64,000 bases of DNA, taken from assembly GCA_020184695.1 (NCBI GenBank), contig JAANOX010000101.1:147830-211829 (forward strand). Direction: 5' to 3'. The notes below the pieces were generated by a model, which did no database searches, was not told the DNA's origin, and saw only the letters and a program-made list of their open reading frames with translations. A program made the translations under genes and the position numbers. Positions 43,737 to 55,536 of this stretch are shown piece by piece (position 1 is the stretch's first letter; each line of letters begins with the position of its first letter). The stretch is from Histomonas meleagridis 2922-C6/04-290x (lineage: Eukaryota; Protista; Parabasalia).

Positions 43737-44594
43737 TTAGTCCATAATTCCCCGATCAATCTCAATGCAGACTGATGTTTTTCTCTCAGTTCCGCCTGAT
43801 TTCTTTCTGATTCGCCAAATTTCTGATTCATTTTTATCTTTTTCTTTAATTATTTTATGGAAATCGTTGTCTTTATTTGAATTTGCTTGAATATTTAATA
43901 TTTCTGTTTTTAGTTTCTGATTCTTTTGTTTTGTTTTATTTAAAAGTTCTTTCTGTATTTCTATTTCTTTATTTTGTTGCTTTATTTGTGCTTCAATTTT
44001 TGATATTTTTTCATTTTTATTATCATTTGAAACTTTATTTTGTAAATTTTTAATTTCTTCTTTTTGTTCATTAATTTTTAACTCGAGTTTTTTAATTAAA
44101 TCTTTTGATGAATTTATTTGATTATTTAAATCTTCTTTTTTATTATCACTTTGTTGTAACTCATGAATTAAGTTTTTACTTTTTTGTAATTCGTCGTTTG
44201 AATTATCGATCTTTTTAGTCAACTTTTCGATATTATTTTGTTGATTTTCAGATATTTCTTGTAATTTAATAATTTGTTCATTTTTTTCCTTTATAATTTT
44301 CTCTTTTTCTTCATCGAAATTCTTTATTTCGGAATTTAATTTCTTGTTTTGTTCAATTAAATCTTTAATTTCGTTTTGTGTTTTATGAACTTCGAAATTT
44401 AATGTTTCGTTTTTCTTGAAGAGAATTTTTATTTTGTAATTGATATTCTATTAATTGTTCTTTTAACTTATTTAATGTTTCATTTTCATTAAAAGTATTT
44501 TCATTTGATGAAATATTTTTAATATTCCTTTTAAGTTTTTGAATTTTTTCCTTTTTTGATTTTCATTTGTTTATATGTTTTTGTTTTCATCCAT
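43737..44594 (-). pseudogene. Broken coiled-coil protein gene
   Basis: K/E/N/Q-rich heptad ORF fragment at 43737-44222, with upstream fragments separated by stops. Confidence 0.4.
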
Positions 44595-44920
44595 AGCATT
44601 AACAAGTCACCAGTACAAAAAATAAACATAAAATTCTTTTTTGATTTTACCATAGTTTATAAAATAATTAATTTTTTGGTTTATTAATTTTTTTTTCGAA
44701 TGCAAAACTTTTTATGTTATAAGGTAAGAAAATTGTAAAAATGATAACGTTTAGCATCAAAGAAAATTCATTTTTTTCCATGTTTTCGTTATGTTGATTC
44801 CAAATTCAAACTTGCTAAGGGATCTGTTAAGCTAGCTTTTTTTAAAGGGGAAGGTAGCATAATTATTTAACACTTTTTGTAATGTTAATAAAAGATGTCA
44901 AAAAATTATTTCATCTTTGA

Positions 44921-46091
44921 ATGCAGAAAGCAAGGCATAAATCACACAGGAAAACAAGAAAAAGGAAACTTTCTGTTATTGTAAAAAAATTTATAAAACT
45001 CAAACAAATTATATTTAATTTAACACAAGAAAATTTTGAAATATCAAATGAACAAACAATGAAATAATTTGATCTAAATTTTCCATATTCATTTAATTTG
45101 ATAATTTGTAATTTAGTTTATTATGCATTTGATTCAAAGAAAGAATTAAATTATATTTATATAAATTTTATAGAGAATATTAAACTCAAAGAAGAAGAAA
45201 TCAATAAATATAACCCAAACATTATTAAAATATTTAGAAATTATTTAGTTTCTTAATAATGAATAAAACAGCTAAAATTGGAAATTTATATCTTATAAAA
45301 TATTTCCTATCAAAAAATCAATTCCCAAAAAATATAATTCTATTTTCTACAAAGTCAGAAAACATTGAACTTATAAAATACATTTTAGAACAAAAAGGAA
45401 TTGATATTAATGCTAAAAATATTTAAATATTTTATTTTATATTTGTTTTAATAATTTATTATTTCGAAATAATATTTGGAAATTATTTAAATTATTTAAT
45501 ACAGCACAAAAATATGCATCTGAATATGGTCATACAGAAATAGTTAAATTGCTTCTTGAACAAAAAGGAATCAATATTAATGCTAAAGATATTTATTTAT
45601 TTTATTTGATATTTGTTATAATAATTTATTATTTCAAAATAATATTTAAAAATTATTTAAATTATTTAATACAGCACTTATTTGTGCATCTTCAAAAGGA
45701 CATACAGAAATCGTTAAATTACTTCTTGAACAAAAAGGAATTAATATTAATGCTAAAGATATTTATTTATTTTATTTGGTATTTGTTTTAATAATTTTAT
45801 ATTTCAAAATAATATTTGGTAATTATTTAAATTATTTAAAACAGCACTTAATTTAGCAACTAGAATTCATCACACGGAAATAGTTAAATTACTTCTTGAA
45901 CAAAAAGGAATTAATATTAATGTTAAAGATATTTATAGATTTGATTTGATAAAAATTTTGATTATTTTTTGTTCCAAAATAATACATGGAGATTAATTAA
46001 ATTATTTTATGCAGCGCCTACAATTGCATCTGTAAAGGGTTACATAGAAATCGTAAAATTATTTCATGAGAAAAAGAGTAAAACCAAATAA
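44921..46091 (+). pseudogene. DUF3447/ankyrin gene F with deleted and frameshifted N-terminus but an intact 4-unit ankyrin array
   Basis: Remnants of the N-terminal domain with stops; four 80-nt spacers decode YIGN, DIKN, GYGK, DFGY. Confidence 0.65.
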
Positions 46092-46882
46092 AATTCGAAA
46101 TTTAATAACACAAAATAAACAGTTATACTCTGAAGGAATATTTTTTTAAAGTAAATTCATTGTTTTCATTCATGATTCATATTGTTTGGAAAAACCAACT
46201 ATGAACAATTTTTTTGTTTAATTTCAAGAAACTGAAAATTCAGTTTTAACACTTTTGAATTATATTAAACAATCGTTTGAGCTATCTATTAGGTTAAAGC
46301 TAAAGAATCTTGATACTGACCAAAACATAATCCGAGTGCCATAATTTGCTAATTCACCATAAAACTGTTGTTTTGATCATAATGAAGCTCATGATTACCA
46401 AATTATAAATTAAATAGGTCTTTTATTTAGAAAATGTAGCATGTTACAAGAAAAGCAATTGTTTCTATATTTATTCATACTGTAATTAATGATATTACAA
46501 TTATTTTTCTTTTTCTTCTATACAAAAAGGATTAATTTGGTTTGGAATTTTCAGTAATTTGCTTCCAATAAGTTGAATATTTTGGTTATTCGAGTTAATA
46601 ATTATTTTTGTAAATATCAGTATTGATCCACACAGTTAACCTTTCTTGTAGTAGCAAGGAATAGACTTTGTAAAGCTTATCCCAAACAATATTTATTGAA
46701 TATAAAAAGAATAATGTTCAATCTAAATTCGGTTAAAAGCTTTTCAAATAGAAAAGGACGAAAATGCATGTACTTGGCGTTGTATTTAAAAAAGGACAAA
46801 CTTATGCAGAAATTTATTACATGGATTTCTAAATGTACAGATGAACAGTACACAGATTGCAATCAACGAATTCCATTTTTAA

Positions 46883-47583
46883 ATGGAAAGCGATTTGGAA
46901 ACAATATTTTCTCGCCAACTCCCTGTTTATGGGAAGGTCAAGCCAAGCTCAAAGACGCAACAGTCATGATTGTAGGATGTGGTGGATTTGGAAGCACATG
47001 TTCAACTATTCTTTCTCGTTCTGGTGTTGGTCATCTTATTCTTATTGATTGTGACGAAGTATCTATATCTAATATTCATCGTCGATTTTTATATACACAA
47101 AATGATATTGGTAAATCAAAATCCAAAACAGCAACTTCATCACCACTTCTTTGTTTATCAGATAACGTTCCAGTTATTACTCACATTGATAAAGATACAG
47201 CTTATCAATTAATCGAAGAACATCAACCAAATGTTTTAATGGATTGCACAGATAACTTTGAAGTTAGGTATGCAGTTAACCATGCATGTGTCAGAGCTTC
47301 AGTTCCCATGGCTTTTGGCTCTATTACAGCAGGTCAAGGTCAAGTTTCTGTTTATTGTGATTTGGAATCAGATCCAAAATCCCCATGTATTTCATGTATT
47401 CACCCACAGGTTCCACAACAATTGCCATCGCCACCTCCAGTCGTTCCAGGAATATGTTCAATTGTTGGAACTATACAAGCATAACAAGCAATTGCAATCA
47501 TAACCGGAGTAGGCGACAAACTAGTACGTGAGCTGTTGACCATAGACATGTTCAAGTTGAAAATGAGGAGATTTAATTTGTAA
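46883..47583 (+). pseudogene. ThiF/MoeB/Uba4-like adenylyltransferase, disrupted
   Basis: MESDLETIFSRQLPVYG, then a frameshift near 46931-37 into EGQAKL...VGCGGFGS...D.DEVSISNIHR...DCTDNF...CISC. An in-frame TAA at 47482-84 interrupts GTIQA*QAIAIITG. Confidence 0.75.
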
Positions 47584-47833
47584 AAAGTTTTTAAATTTAA
47601 TTGTTAAGAATTCGTTTATTCTGTTATTACGGAAACTTCGACGTGAACTTCTGGTTCGAGACCAATTTGTGTTACTTGTTTAACAGCTGCAAGTGTACCA
47701 ACAAAATCAGTAACACGTTTGTAAATACGAAGTTCTAAATGATCCTTCATGAAAAAAAGATGAAAGGTAATAATATTCAGTAAAATTTTACAGAATCATA
47801 AACAAACATAAAGTGTTTTATATCTGAAATTAT

Positions 47834-48220
47834 TTATTCATTCATATCTTCTTCTGCTTGATTTTGAATTGGTTCAATATGTGGGCACATATCTGGTATA
47901 CCAGAAATGATTGGGAACACACGTCCTGATGGTGAATGAAGTTCACCGGCAACAATCTCAATTTCGAAAAGAATATGATGTAAATGTTTGCATTGTTGTT
48001 CATCCAGATGATCTAAATCTTCTGGAATATTTAATTCTACATGTAAATCATCACATGCTTCTTTTAAAGCATGGAAGTCAATTCTTCTTACAAAATTTTG
48101 TATCATCTCTTGGTTATATTCAACTGTTACATCTTGTGCTTGTGGGTTTATTATTTTTAGTGGGTAGTATGTTTTTCCTTGAAAATTATCCTGAAGAAAG
48201 TTATGAAGGTAAAGTTTCAT
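47834..48220 (-). CDS. TRM112: tRNA/rRNA methyltransferase activator Trm112
   Basis: MKLYLHN...YPLKI...LHHILFEIEIVAGEL.SPSGRVFPIISGIPDM. Confidence 0.8.
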   Translation of the reverse strand: MKLYLHNFLQDNFQGKTYYPLKIINPQAQDVTVEYNQEMIQNFVRRIDFHALKEACDDLHVELNIPEDLDHLDEQQCKHLHHILFEIEIVAGELHSPSGRVFPIISGIPDMCPHIEPIQNQAEEDMNE

Positions 48221-48344
48221 TATCTAATTTGGCAAACCTATTTTTGTGAGAATATATTACTGGCAAACCATAAAAACACAGAAAATTCGAGGCTATGAAT
48301 AAAAGCATTCAATTCACGACGGTTTGGTCATGCCACTTTATCCG

Positions 48345-48863
48345 ATGTCCGTAAAACAAAACAAGCTTAACGAAATCCGCGTTTCTAAGCTTTGCATTAA
48401 CATTAATCCTGGCTCAGTTGGTGATCAAGTAACACGTGCTTCTCGTGTCATTGAACAATTGACAAAGCAAAAAGCAATGCTTGCACGTTCACACAGAACA
48501 ATCCCAAAGTTCGGTGTTCGTCGTAATGATAAAATTGCTGCTTACGTCACTGTTCGCGGCCAAAATGCTCTTAAGATCTTAAACGATGCTCTCCAAGTTC
48601 ATGATTTTGAAATCAGTTCCCACTGTTTTTCAAGCACAGGTAACTTTGGATTCGGTATCAAAGAACACATTGATCTTGGCCTTAAATATGACCGTGATAT
48701 TGGTATTCATGGTATGGATCTTTATGTTGTTCTTGAAAGACCAGGAGCACGTGTTGCTAAAAGGAAGCATTGCAGATCAAGGATTGGCCCCAAGCAAAGG
48801 GTCACAAAGGAAGAAGCCAAAGAATGGTATATCCAAAAATTCCAAGGAACACTTCTGAAATAA
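48345..48863 (+). CDS. RPL11: 60S ribosomal protein uL5 (L11), divergent
   Basis: GNFGFGIKEHIDLGLKYD...GMDLYVVLERPG signature; start taken at MSVKQ. Confidence 0.9.
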   Translation: MSVKQNKLNEIRVSKLCININPGSVGDQVTRASRVIEQLTKQKAMLARSHRTIPKFGVRRNDKIAAYVTVRGQNALKILNDALQVHDFEISSHCFSSTGNFGFGIKEHIDLGLKYDRDIGIHGMDLYVVLERPGARVAKRKHCRSRIGPKQRVTKEEAKEWYIQKFQGTLLK

Positions 48864-49601
48864 ATTGATTACAGACCATCATTACCTTTTCGTTTCATCT
48901 GGCGTAGTGCCACGTCTTTGTTTTGAAACGATTAGATTGGTATCACATCCAACTCTGATCGCATTGTGTATTGTGTATTAATTTGGTAAAGTATAACATA
49001 CAATTGTGCAATTACTGTGATAAATCATATGTAGAAATTATGATTATTTTTTGTAATTTCTAAAATTTTTCATCTTCCATAACGTTATGGAAAATAGTTT
49101 TATTCAGGAAAGACTGTCTTTTATAGTATATAATCTCTTTCTCCTAACATGACAATATAAATTTGAATAATCCTCGTTTTAAATATTCAAAGGCTACGAG
49201 TTCTAATAGCTGAGTTTATACAAGGGAACAAAGCTCATTTATTTGACTGCATCTCTAGTTTACCACTTCTTTATTGTCGTTCACATTCATATACATTTTA
49301 TACCTTGTTCTCTATTTTGTATATTTTTATACAAAATGAAATTCGTTGTGTCTTTATATATAGATGCTCAAGCATCATTCGAACACTTATCACATCGATC
49401 AAAATGAATTATTTACTAAAGTCCTTGATAATGCTTTTGTGACAGTTCATATTGTTGACACACTACGAATTTTTTCAGCATGCTCAGCGCCATTAATCCC
49501 TCATAGCTGAGCCAACTTTCCTTTTCTTTCCTCAAATTCCATCAAAACAACAAAAACACTCTCTAAAAACGTTACAGCACAAGAAAAATGAAATAAATTG
49601 T

Positions 49602-51128
49602 TTAGCACGACGAGCACATGAACTCGAGCTGCGAAGGCGATTGCTCCGTCATCATGTGGCAAGGGAACACCATTTTCGAGCAGCCCTCCGCTTCCATGAA
49701 CTTCGGTATCTGGCCGCAGCACGAGTATTTCACGAGCGTTATCTCTCCGTCCGGTGTATACTCCGTTTGTTCCATTTTCCCGTCATCGAACGGAATTTTT
49801 TCGCCGAGATGTTCTTGCAAGAAGCATTCGCCGCTATAACCTTTAGAGATATATTTGCAACACTTACTACATAAATACATTTTGATCTCTTCGTAATCTT
49901 TTCGACATTTTTCTTCAAACTTGTTTCGCGCTTCAGGTCCTGGCGCACTTGGGACGCACCAAATCATGAAACTACCAAGGGACTGTTCATTCTCAATGTT
50001 ATCTCCTCGTATTAATGCATACCCAAGTTCGCGTGACATTTTTTGGGCATATCCAATGTCATAATTAAATGCATCGACATTAATAAATCGGGCTATATCC
50101 ATCTTGACATTGTTAAAAATGTTTAAAGCAAGTTCAACTTGACCCTTAATGGTCTCCGCAGTGGCAATGCTTGTGTCGGCAAATGAAAGGTTTACAGAGG
50201 AGCCGTTTAATTCGAATAAAACCGGAAAAGTGCCAAGAATTGAAAGGGTGTAAACGTACTTTTTGTCCATAAAAATTTTGTTGAAATTACACTTTTCTTC
50301 TTCTGGTTGATTGGTGGCATATATCTCAATTATGAATATGGCTTTAGGAATAGGTATTGTAAAGGTAAGTTTTGTAAAGGATGAGATTTCAATGGGATCA
50401 TAGACTTTCCCAATTAGATCTGGAAGGAATTCTGGGATGGTAGATACATCAACATCATCAGTAAATTCAAATGGATTTTCAAGTGAAAAGGAAAGATATG
50501 ATGCAGCACGCTTGGTAAAGGAATTAAGAACAATCTTATTGGAAGAATAAAGTCCTAGTAATGATAAAGACGTGGTGTAGAAGTGGGTGTCGTTTTTGTC
50601 TTTAGGGCTCCTTCGGATTTTGATCTTCTTATTGGCGGAATCGAGATCAAACATATAAATTAAAGAGTTTGAATCTGTATTATCTTCATGTACCACATAC
50701 CTATTTTTACCGTTGAACGTTTTATCAATGGTTGCAGCTTCATTTTCTCCGTATGTCAAGGTATAACGTTTTCCGTCGTTGGATTCAATGTTATATTTTT
50801 TAATTAAATCTTGAATTGCTTGTGAAATTGTGTTGTCCTTGTTTTCTACCTTTCTTGGCAATTCATTTTTTACAACTTTTTTTTGAAGGATGATTTGCAT
50901 TATCGAATCATCAATGCTTTGTCCGACTTGAGAAAACACCTCTTCTTTTATTTGGTCAATAAGATCTTTAGTTGCTTTTATTGTGCATATTCCTTGCTTA
51001 ATATCATATTGCATTTGGTATAAACTGACAAAACCGTTTGCCACTTTTGTATTTGGCGGCGTGAATTTTGACGATAGATATTTTTGACTGCAAAAGAAAA
51101 CGAAATCTTTTTTTAGATGATGGAACAT
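49602..51128 (-). CDS. Hypothetical protein with a C-terminal Cys/His-rich putative zinc-binding domain
   Basis: CSKC...C...H...YSCCG...GC...CH cluster. Confidence 0.7.
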   Translation of the reverse strand: MFHHLKKDFVFFCSQKYLSSKFTPPNTKVANGFVSLYQMQYDIKQGICTIKATKDLIDQIKEEVFSQVGQSIDDSIMQIILQKKVVKNELPRKVENKDNTISQAIQDLIKKYNIESNDGKRYTLTYGENEAATIDKTFNGKNRYVVHEDNTDSNSLIYMFDLDSANKKIKIRRSPKDKNDTHFYTTSLSLLGLYSSNKIVLNSFTKRAASYLSFSLENPFEFTDDVDVSTIPEFLPDLIGKVYDPIEISSFTKLTFTIPIPKAIFIIEIYATNQPEEEKCNFNKIFMDKKYVYTLSILGTFPVLFELNGSSVNLSFADTSIATAETIKGQVELALNIFNNVKMDIARFINVDAFNYDIGYAQKMSRELGYALIRGDNIENEQSLGSFMIWCVPSAPGPEARNKFEEKCRKDYEEIKMYLCSKCCKYISKGYSGECFLQEHLGEKIPFDDGKMEQTEYTPDGEITLVKYSCCGQIPKFMEAEGCSKMVFPCHMMTEQSPSQLEFMCSSC

Positions 51129-51280
51129 TCTATTGACATTAAATCGGTAATCTGCGATAAAATTAATGTGCGTGAAGCCGATTTTTGCAAATGATATAAA
51201 ACGTTTTCGAATTTCAAAAAATTTTGTTTTTGAAACAAAAGTGACAACATCAAATCTTTGATGTTGAAATTACATCTTAT

Positions 51281-52729
51281 TTATTGAGGTTTTCCTTTGG
51301 CCCATGTGAACAATGCGTCTTCCAATAACCCGAGCGATTGAAGTGTGTCTCCTTTCTGCAATTTGTCAAGCGCAATTTTGAGATAATTTTTGATTGTAAT
51401 GCGACAAAGTTCATTATGAACCTCGGGAACATCAATTAACAAATGGAGTCCTTTAGCATCAAGAACAGAAAGACCAGTGGAAAGGTCGAACTTACCTTTA
51501 GCAGAACTACTCAATGATGAATCATCTGTTGGAAGAGGTTCAATCTTTGGAATACTTTGGTCTAATGGTAGTTCATCAATACTTGGAATGTTACTTGGTT
51601 GATCAGGCTGAGCGTTTGGAGTAAATACAGGTGCAGTATCAGATGGACTTGGCGTGAACACTGGCGGACCAGCTGGCTTTGGCTGGCTTGGAGGAGGAGT
51701 ATTATTCGGTGTGAAGACTGGTGGCCCTCCAGCATTAGAAGTATTAGGCGTGAACACAGGAGGTCCTCCAGCATTCGAAGTATTTGGTGTGAAGACTGGC
51801 GGACCTGATGGCTTTGGTTGACTTGGAGGTGGTGCATTATTCGGTGTGAACACTGGTGGCCCTCCAGCATTAGAAGTATTAGGTGTGAAAACAGGTGGCC
51901 CTGATGGCTTTGGCTGACTTGGAGGTGGTGCATTATTCGGTGTAAACACTGGTGGCCCTCCAGCATTAGAAGTATTAGGTGTGAAAACAGGTGGCCCTGA
52001 TGGCTTTGGCTGACTTGGAGGCGGTGCGTTGTTCGGCGTGAACACTGGTGGACCTCCAGCATTAGAAGTATTTGGTGTAAACACTGGTGGACCACCAGCA
52101 GAAGAAGCATTTGGTGTGAAAACAGGAGGTCCTCCAGCAGATGAAGCATTTGGTGTGAAGACTGGTGGTCCTGTAGGCTTTGGCTGACTTGGAGGCGGTG
52201 CATTATTTGGCGTGAAAACTGGTGGACCTGATGGCGCTGGCTTTGCAGCTGCAGGAGGTGCTGTAGGCTTTTGTTGGGCAGCGGGTGGCGCTGGCTTCCC
52301 TGCTGCCTGTTGTCTGATTAACGCCATTTGGCCTTTGACTTGAGAGGAAAGTGTTCTGCATAGTTGAACTTTTTTAGCTGATTCGTCGTCGTCGAAAATG
52401 GAATAAATTTGTTCGCACATGCAAAGGCGCTTAGGGATGTCAGGCTTGATTTCTCCGACCTGAATGTAAAGGTTTAGTTCGTCAAATAATTGGTCGGCAT
52501 ATTGTTTTGTCTCTTCGACGGAAGTGTCCGTCAATTCAGGCAAATTTGCTTGGAGTGTTGTTAAAAATGTTTGTGCCTCTGGTGATAAAGTTGACATGTC
52601 ATCAGGTTCAACTTGCATACAAAAAAAGTTATCGAGAACTGCTGACACTACCGGCTGCTCCTTTTTAAGGAGTAATGAGGTGGCATAAAGCAATTGGTAT
52701 CGCTTAAATTCTGCTGGTACTCTTGTCAT
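51281..52729 (-). CDS. Vta1/LIP5-like protein with an expanded Pro-rich repeat linker
   Basis: Helical MIT-like N-terminus and VSL-like C-terminus (NYLKIALDKLQKGD...LGLLEDAL), with Pro-rich repeats between. Family assignment is by motif resemblance only. Confidence 0.5.
   Translation of the reverse strand: MTRVPAEFKRYQLLYATSLLLKKEQPVVSAVLDNFFCMQVEPDDMSTLSPEAQTFLTTLQANLPELTDTSVEETKQYADQLFDELNLYIQVGEIKPDIPKRLCMCEQIYSIFDDDESAKKVQLCRTLSSQVKGQMALIRQQAAGKPAPPAAQQKPTAPPAAAKPAPSGPPVFTPNNAPPPSQPKPTGPPVFTPNASSAGGPPVFTPNASSAGGPPVFTPNTSNAGGPPVFTPNNAPPPSQPKPSGPPVFTPNTSNAGGPPVFTPNNAPPPSQPKPSGPPVFTPNTSNAGGPPVFTPNNAPPPSQPKPSGPPVFTPNTSNAGGPPVFTPNTSNAGGPPVFTPNNTPPPSQPKPAGPPVFTPSPSDTAPVFTPNAQPDQPSNIPSIDELPLDQSIPKIEPLPTDDSSLSSSAKGKFDLSTGLSVLDAKGLHLLIDVPEVHNELCRITIKNYLKIALDKLQKGDTLQSLGLLEDALFTWAKGKPQ
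51617..52230 (-). repeat. Coding tandem repeat, 13 x GPPVFTP in 13-aa and 19-aa units
   Basis: Counted in the translated ORF. Confidence 0.85.
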
Positions 52730-52840
52730 TTATGAAATTGACTTTGTTTGCTTATAAAATCACCGTTAAACCGTCGGAATTCACAAACGGTGTGCCCCAA
52801 AATAATAAAAAATGTCAGTCGAACGTTAATTATTTGCTTG

Positions 52841-54804
52841 ATGAATAAAACCCAAAATTCAAATGAATGGGAAACTCTTCAATTGATTCAACAAAATATT
52901 TTCGATCTCACTGAGGAAAATATTTCAGTTGCAATGGGTACAATAAATAATAAATTTGATATTAATTATTCATATTCTTTTAATTTAATTGTTAGTCAAA
53001 TGATATATTTTTCTTTTGCCGTACGAAGAGTTGACGTTGAAGTATATATTGATTTTATTAAAGAGATAAAAAAATTTGAAGAAAACAATAATATTAAATC
53101 TGATATATTAAATGTATTCACTGATTTTCTTTTAAGAAGGCGCACTCAAGAATCATATTATATCATTGAGAATCTAATCCAAAATAATCTAGTGGGGATA
53201 GAAGTATTAAAAAATATTCAACATCCATACTTTTTACATTATGAATCAGTAAGAAAAAGAGTTACTTATTTTCCTAAACAAACTTATTCTCTAAGTGACT
53301 TATCAAATAATAATTGGGAACTCCATAAGAAGTTAATAAAAGAAGGAGTTAATCCATTAGAAATTGCAAAAATAATTCGAAATGATGAAGTAAAAAAGCT
53401 TCAAGAAATATCATCACAAAATGATTTTGATTATAATCAAAAAATTAAATCATCACTTTATGAAAGATGTTCATTTATTAATCAAAACAATGTCACTTTA
53501 ATTGATTATGCAGCATTTTTTTCAGCAGTTAAATGTTTTAAATATTTACTTATGAATAATGCAAAAGTAGAAAACACAGGTAAATATGCAATTGCAGGTG
53601 GAAATCTTGAAATCATTCATTTGTGTAAACAAAATCATTCATCGTTTAAAAACTCATATCAAATAACAATTGAATATCATCGAAATGAGATCTTTAAATA
53701 TATTTATGAAAACAAATTAGAAAAAATTAATGATTTAGAAGAATTCGGAATGTTATGTATTTTATATCATAACTATAAAATTTTTTCATTTTTGCAGAAG
53801 GAAGGAATGAAAATTAATGATGATATTATAAATGAATCAGCAAAAAATGGTAATATATTTCTTGTTAAACATTTTCTGAAGGAAAATCAACTTCCTAAAT
53901 ATGTTCTCTTGTTTTCTTCTGAATCAGGAAATTGGGAACTTTTGAAATACATTTTAGAACAAAAAGGAGCTGATGTTAATGTTAAAGATATCGATTTTTT
54001 ATATTCAAAATTTATTTTATTATTTTTGGGTTTCTATTTAATATTTAGAATTTATTTAAATTGTTTAATACAGCACTTATTTATGCTTCTCAATCGGGTT
54101 ATACTGAAATGGTTAAATTCCTTCTTGAACAAAAAGGAATTAATTTTAATGCGCAAAATATTTTTTTGTTTTCTTCAATATCTTTTTTAAAGATTTGATA
54201 ATTCAAAATAACATTTGGAAATTATTTAAATTATTTCAAACTGCACTAATTTCAGCATCTATAAAAGGTTATGTTGATATTGTGAAATTACTTCTGAAGC
54301 AAAAAGAAATTGATGTTAATAAAAAAGATATATATTTATTTTATTCTATATTTATATAATTAACATGCAATTTATATTTCATTCTTGGAAATTCTTTAAA
54401 TTATTCCAAACAGCACTAACAAATGCAACTCAAAATGGTCATAAAGAAGTAGTAATATTACTTCTTGAACATAATAGAATTGATGTGAATTCTATCGATA
54501 TTTTTTGTTTTTATGATTTGAAATATCAAAATAAAATTTGGAAATTTTCATAATAATTTAGAACAGCACTTATATTGGCATCTCAAAGTGGTTATACAGA
54601 AATAGTTAAATTACTTCTTAATAAAAAAGGAATTGATATTAATATTAAAGATAATTATTCAAATTGTTTAATGTTTATTTCAAATATTTTTAGGTATTTT
54701 AAAACAAAATTTGGAAATTAAATTATTTATTTAAAACAGCAATTGAATATGCATGTGCAAATGGACACAAAGAAATAATGCTGTTGCTTCTTGATCAAGA
54801 ATAA
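52841..54804 (+). CDS. DUF3447-like + ankyrin-repeat protein G; 5 interrupted linkers
   Basis: Open N-terminal domain; spacers 80, 80, 80, 63, 83 nt; decoded stop TAA 54802-54804. Confidence 0.8.
53990..54735 (+). other. Micro-exon array G
   Basis: Decoded KWRN, NDGQ, YAGQ, FEGR, NLGGK. Confidence 0.8.
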
Positions 54805-54979
54805 TCTTAAAATGATTTCTAAGAAAAAGAAAATCACGCATAAACATATAAAAATTATCAAAAATAATAAATTATAATCAAGCAATTCTTAATCTCATCA
54901 TTTTGTTTTCGTTATTGTTAGGTTTATATTAAAAGTGACACCTGCGAAGTGAAGGCGATAGAAAACACTTTTCATTTGG

Positions 54980-55435
54980 ATGAAGCAAATCATATCTGGA
55001 TTCAATAACAAAGAAAAAGAACTTTGGAATCAATTGTATGCTCCTAGGATCGCTGAGATATCTGAAAAATCGCCTGACGTTCCAATATCAGTCTGCAATA
55101 ATCTTGTTTATCAAGAATTTATTTTGCGAAAGTGGGAACTAAAGGTTAAGGAAAAATCACCAATAGTATTGTCTCTGTCAGACTATAATGCAATTCCAGA
55201 TAATTATGGACCCGATTTAACAGCCATCCCAAGAGCTCGCTATCAAAACGTAAAACAGCAGAAGACTAAAGAAAGCTCACCAAAGAAACCCACACCGTAT
55301 ACAAATTTTGTACGTATCTGGAGTAAAGAACATCCAGAAATTGATTATACACAACGTTTCAAACAGGCCGGAAAAGCATGGCAAGCACTTACAGAAGAGG
55401 AGAAAGCTAGCTACGCTGATAAAATAACTGACTAA
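54980..55435 (+). CDS. HMG-box protein
   Basis: PKKPTPYTNFV...AGKAWQALTEEEKASY. Confidence 0.75.
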   Translation: MKQIISGFNNKEKELWNQLYAPRIAEISEKSPDVPISVCNNLVYQEFILRKWELKVKEKSPIVLSLSDYNAIPDNYGPDLTAIPRARYQNVKQQKTKESSPKKPTPYTNFVRIWSKEHPEIDYTQRFKQAGKAWQALTEEEKASYADKITD

Positions 55436-55536
55436 AAACTCAAAAATAAAAAATCAATAAATTCAATAAATTTAAAAAAAAAAAAAAAAAACATTCATTA
55501 TTTCTAATATAAACCAAGGTTTTATGAATAATACAT

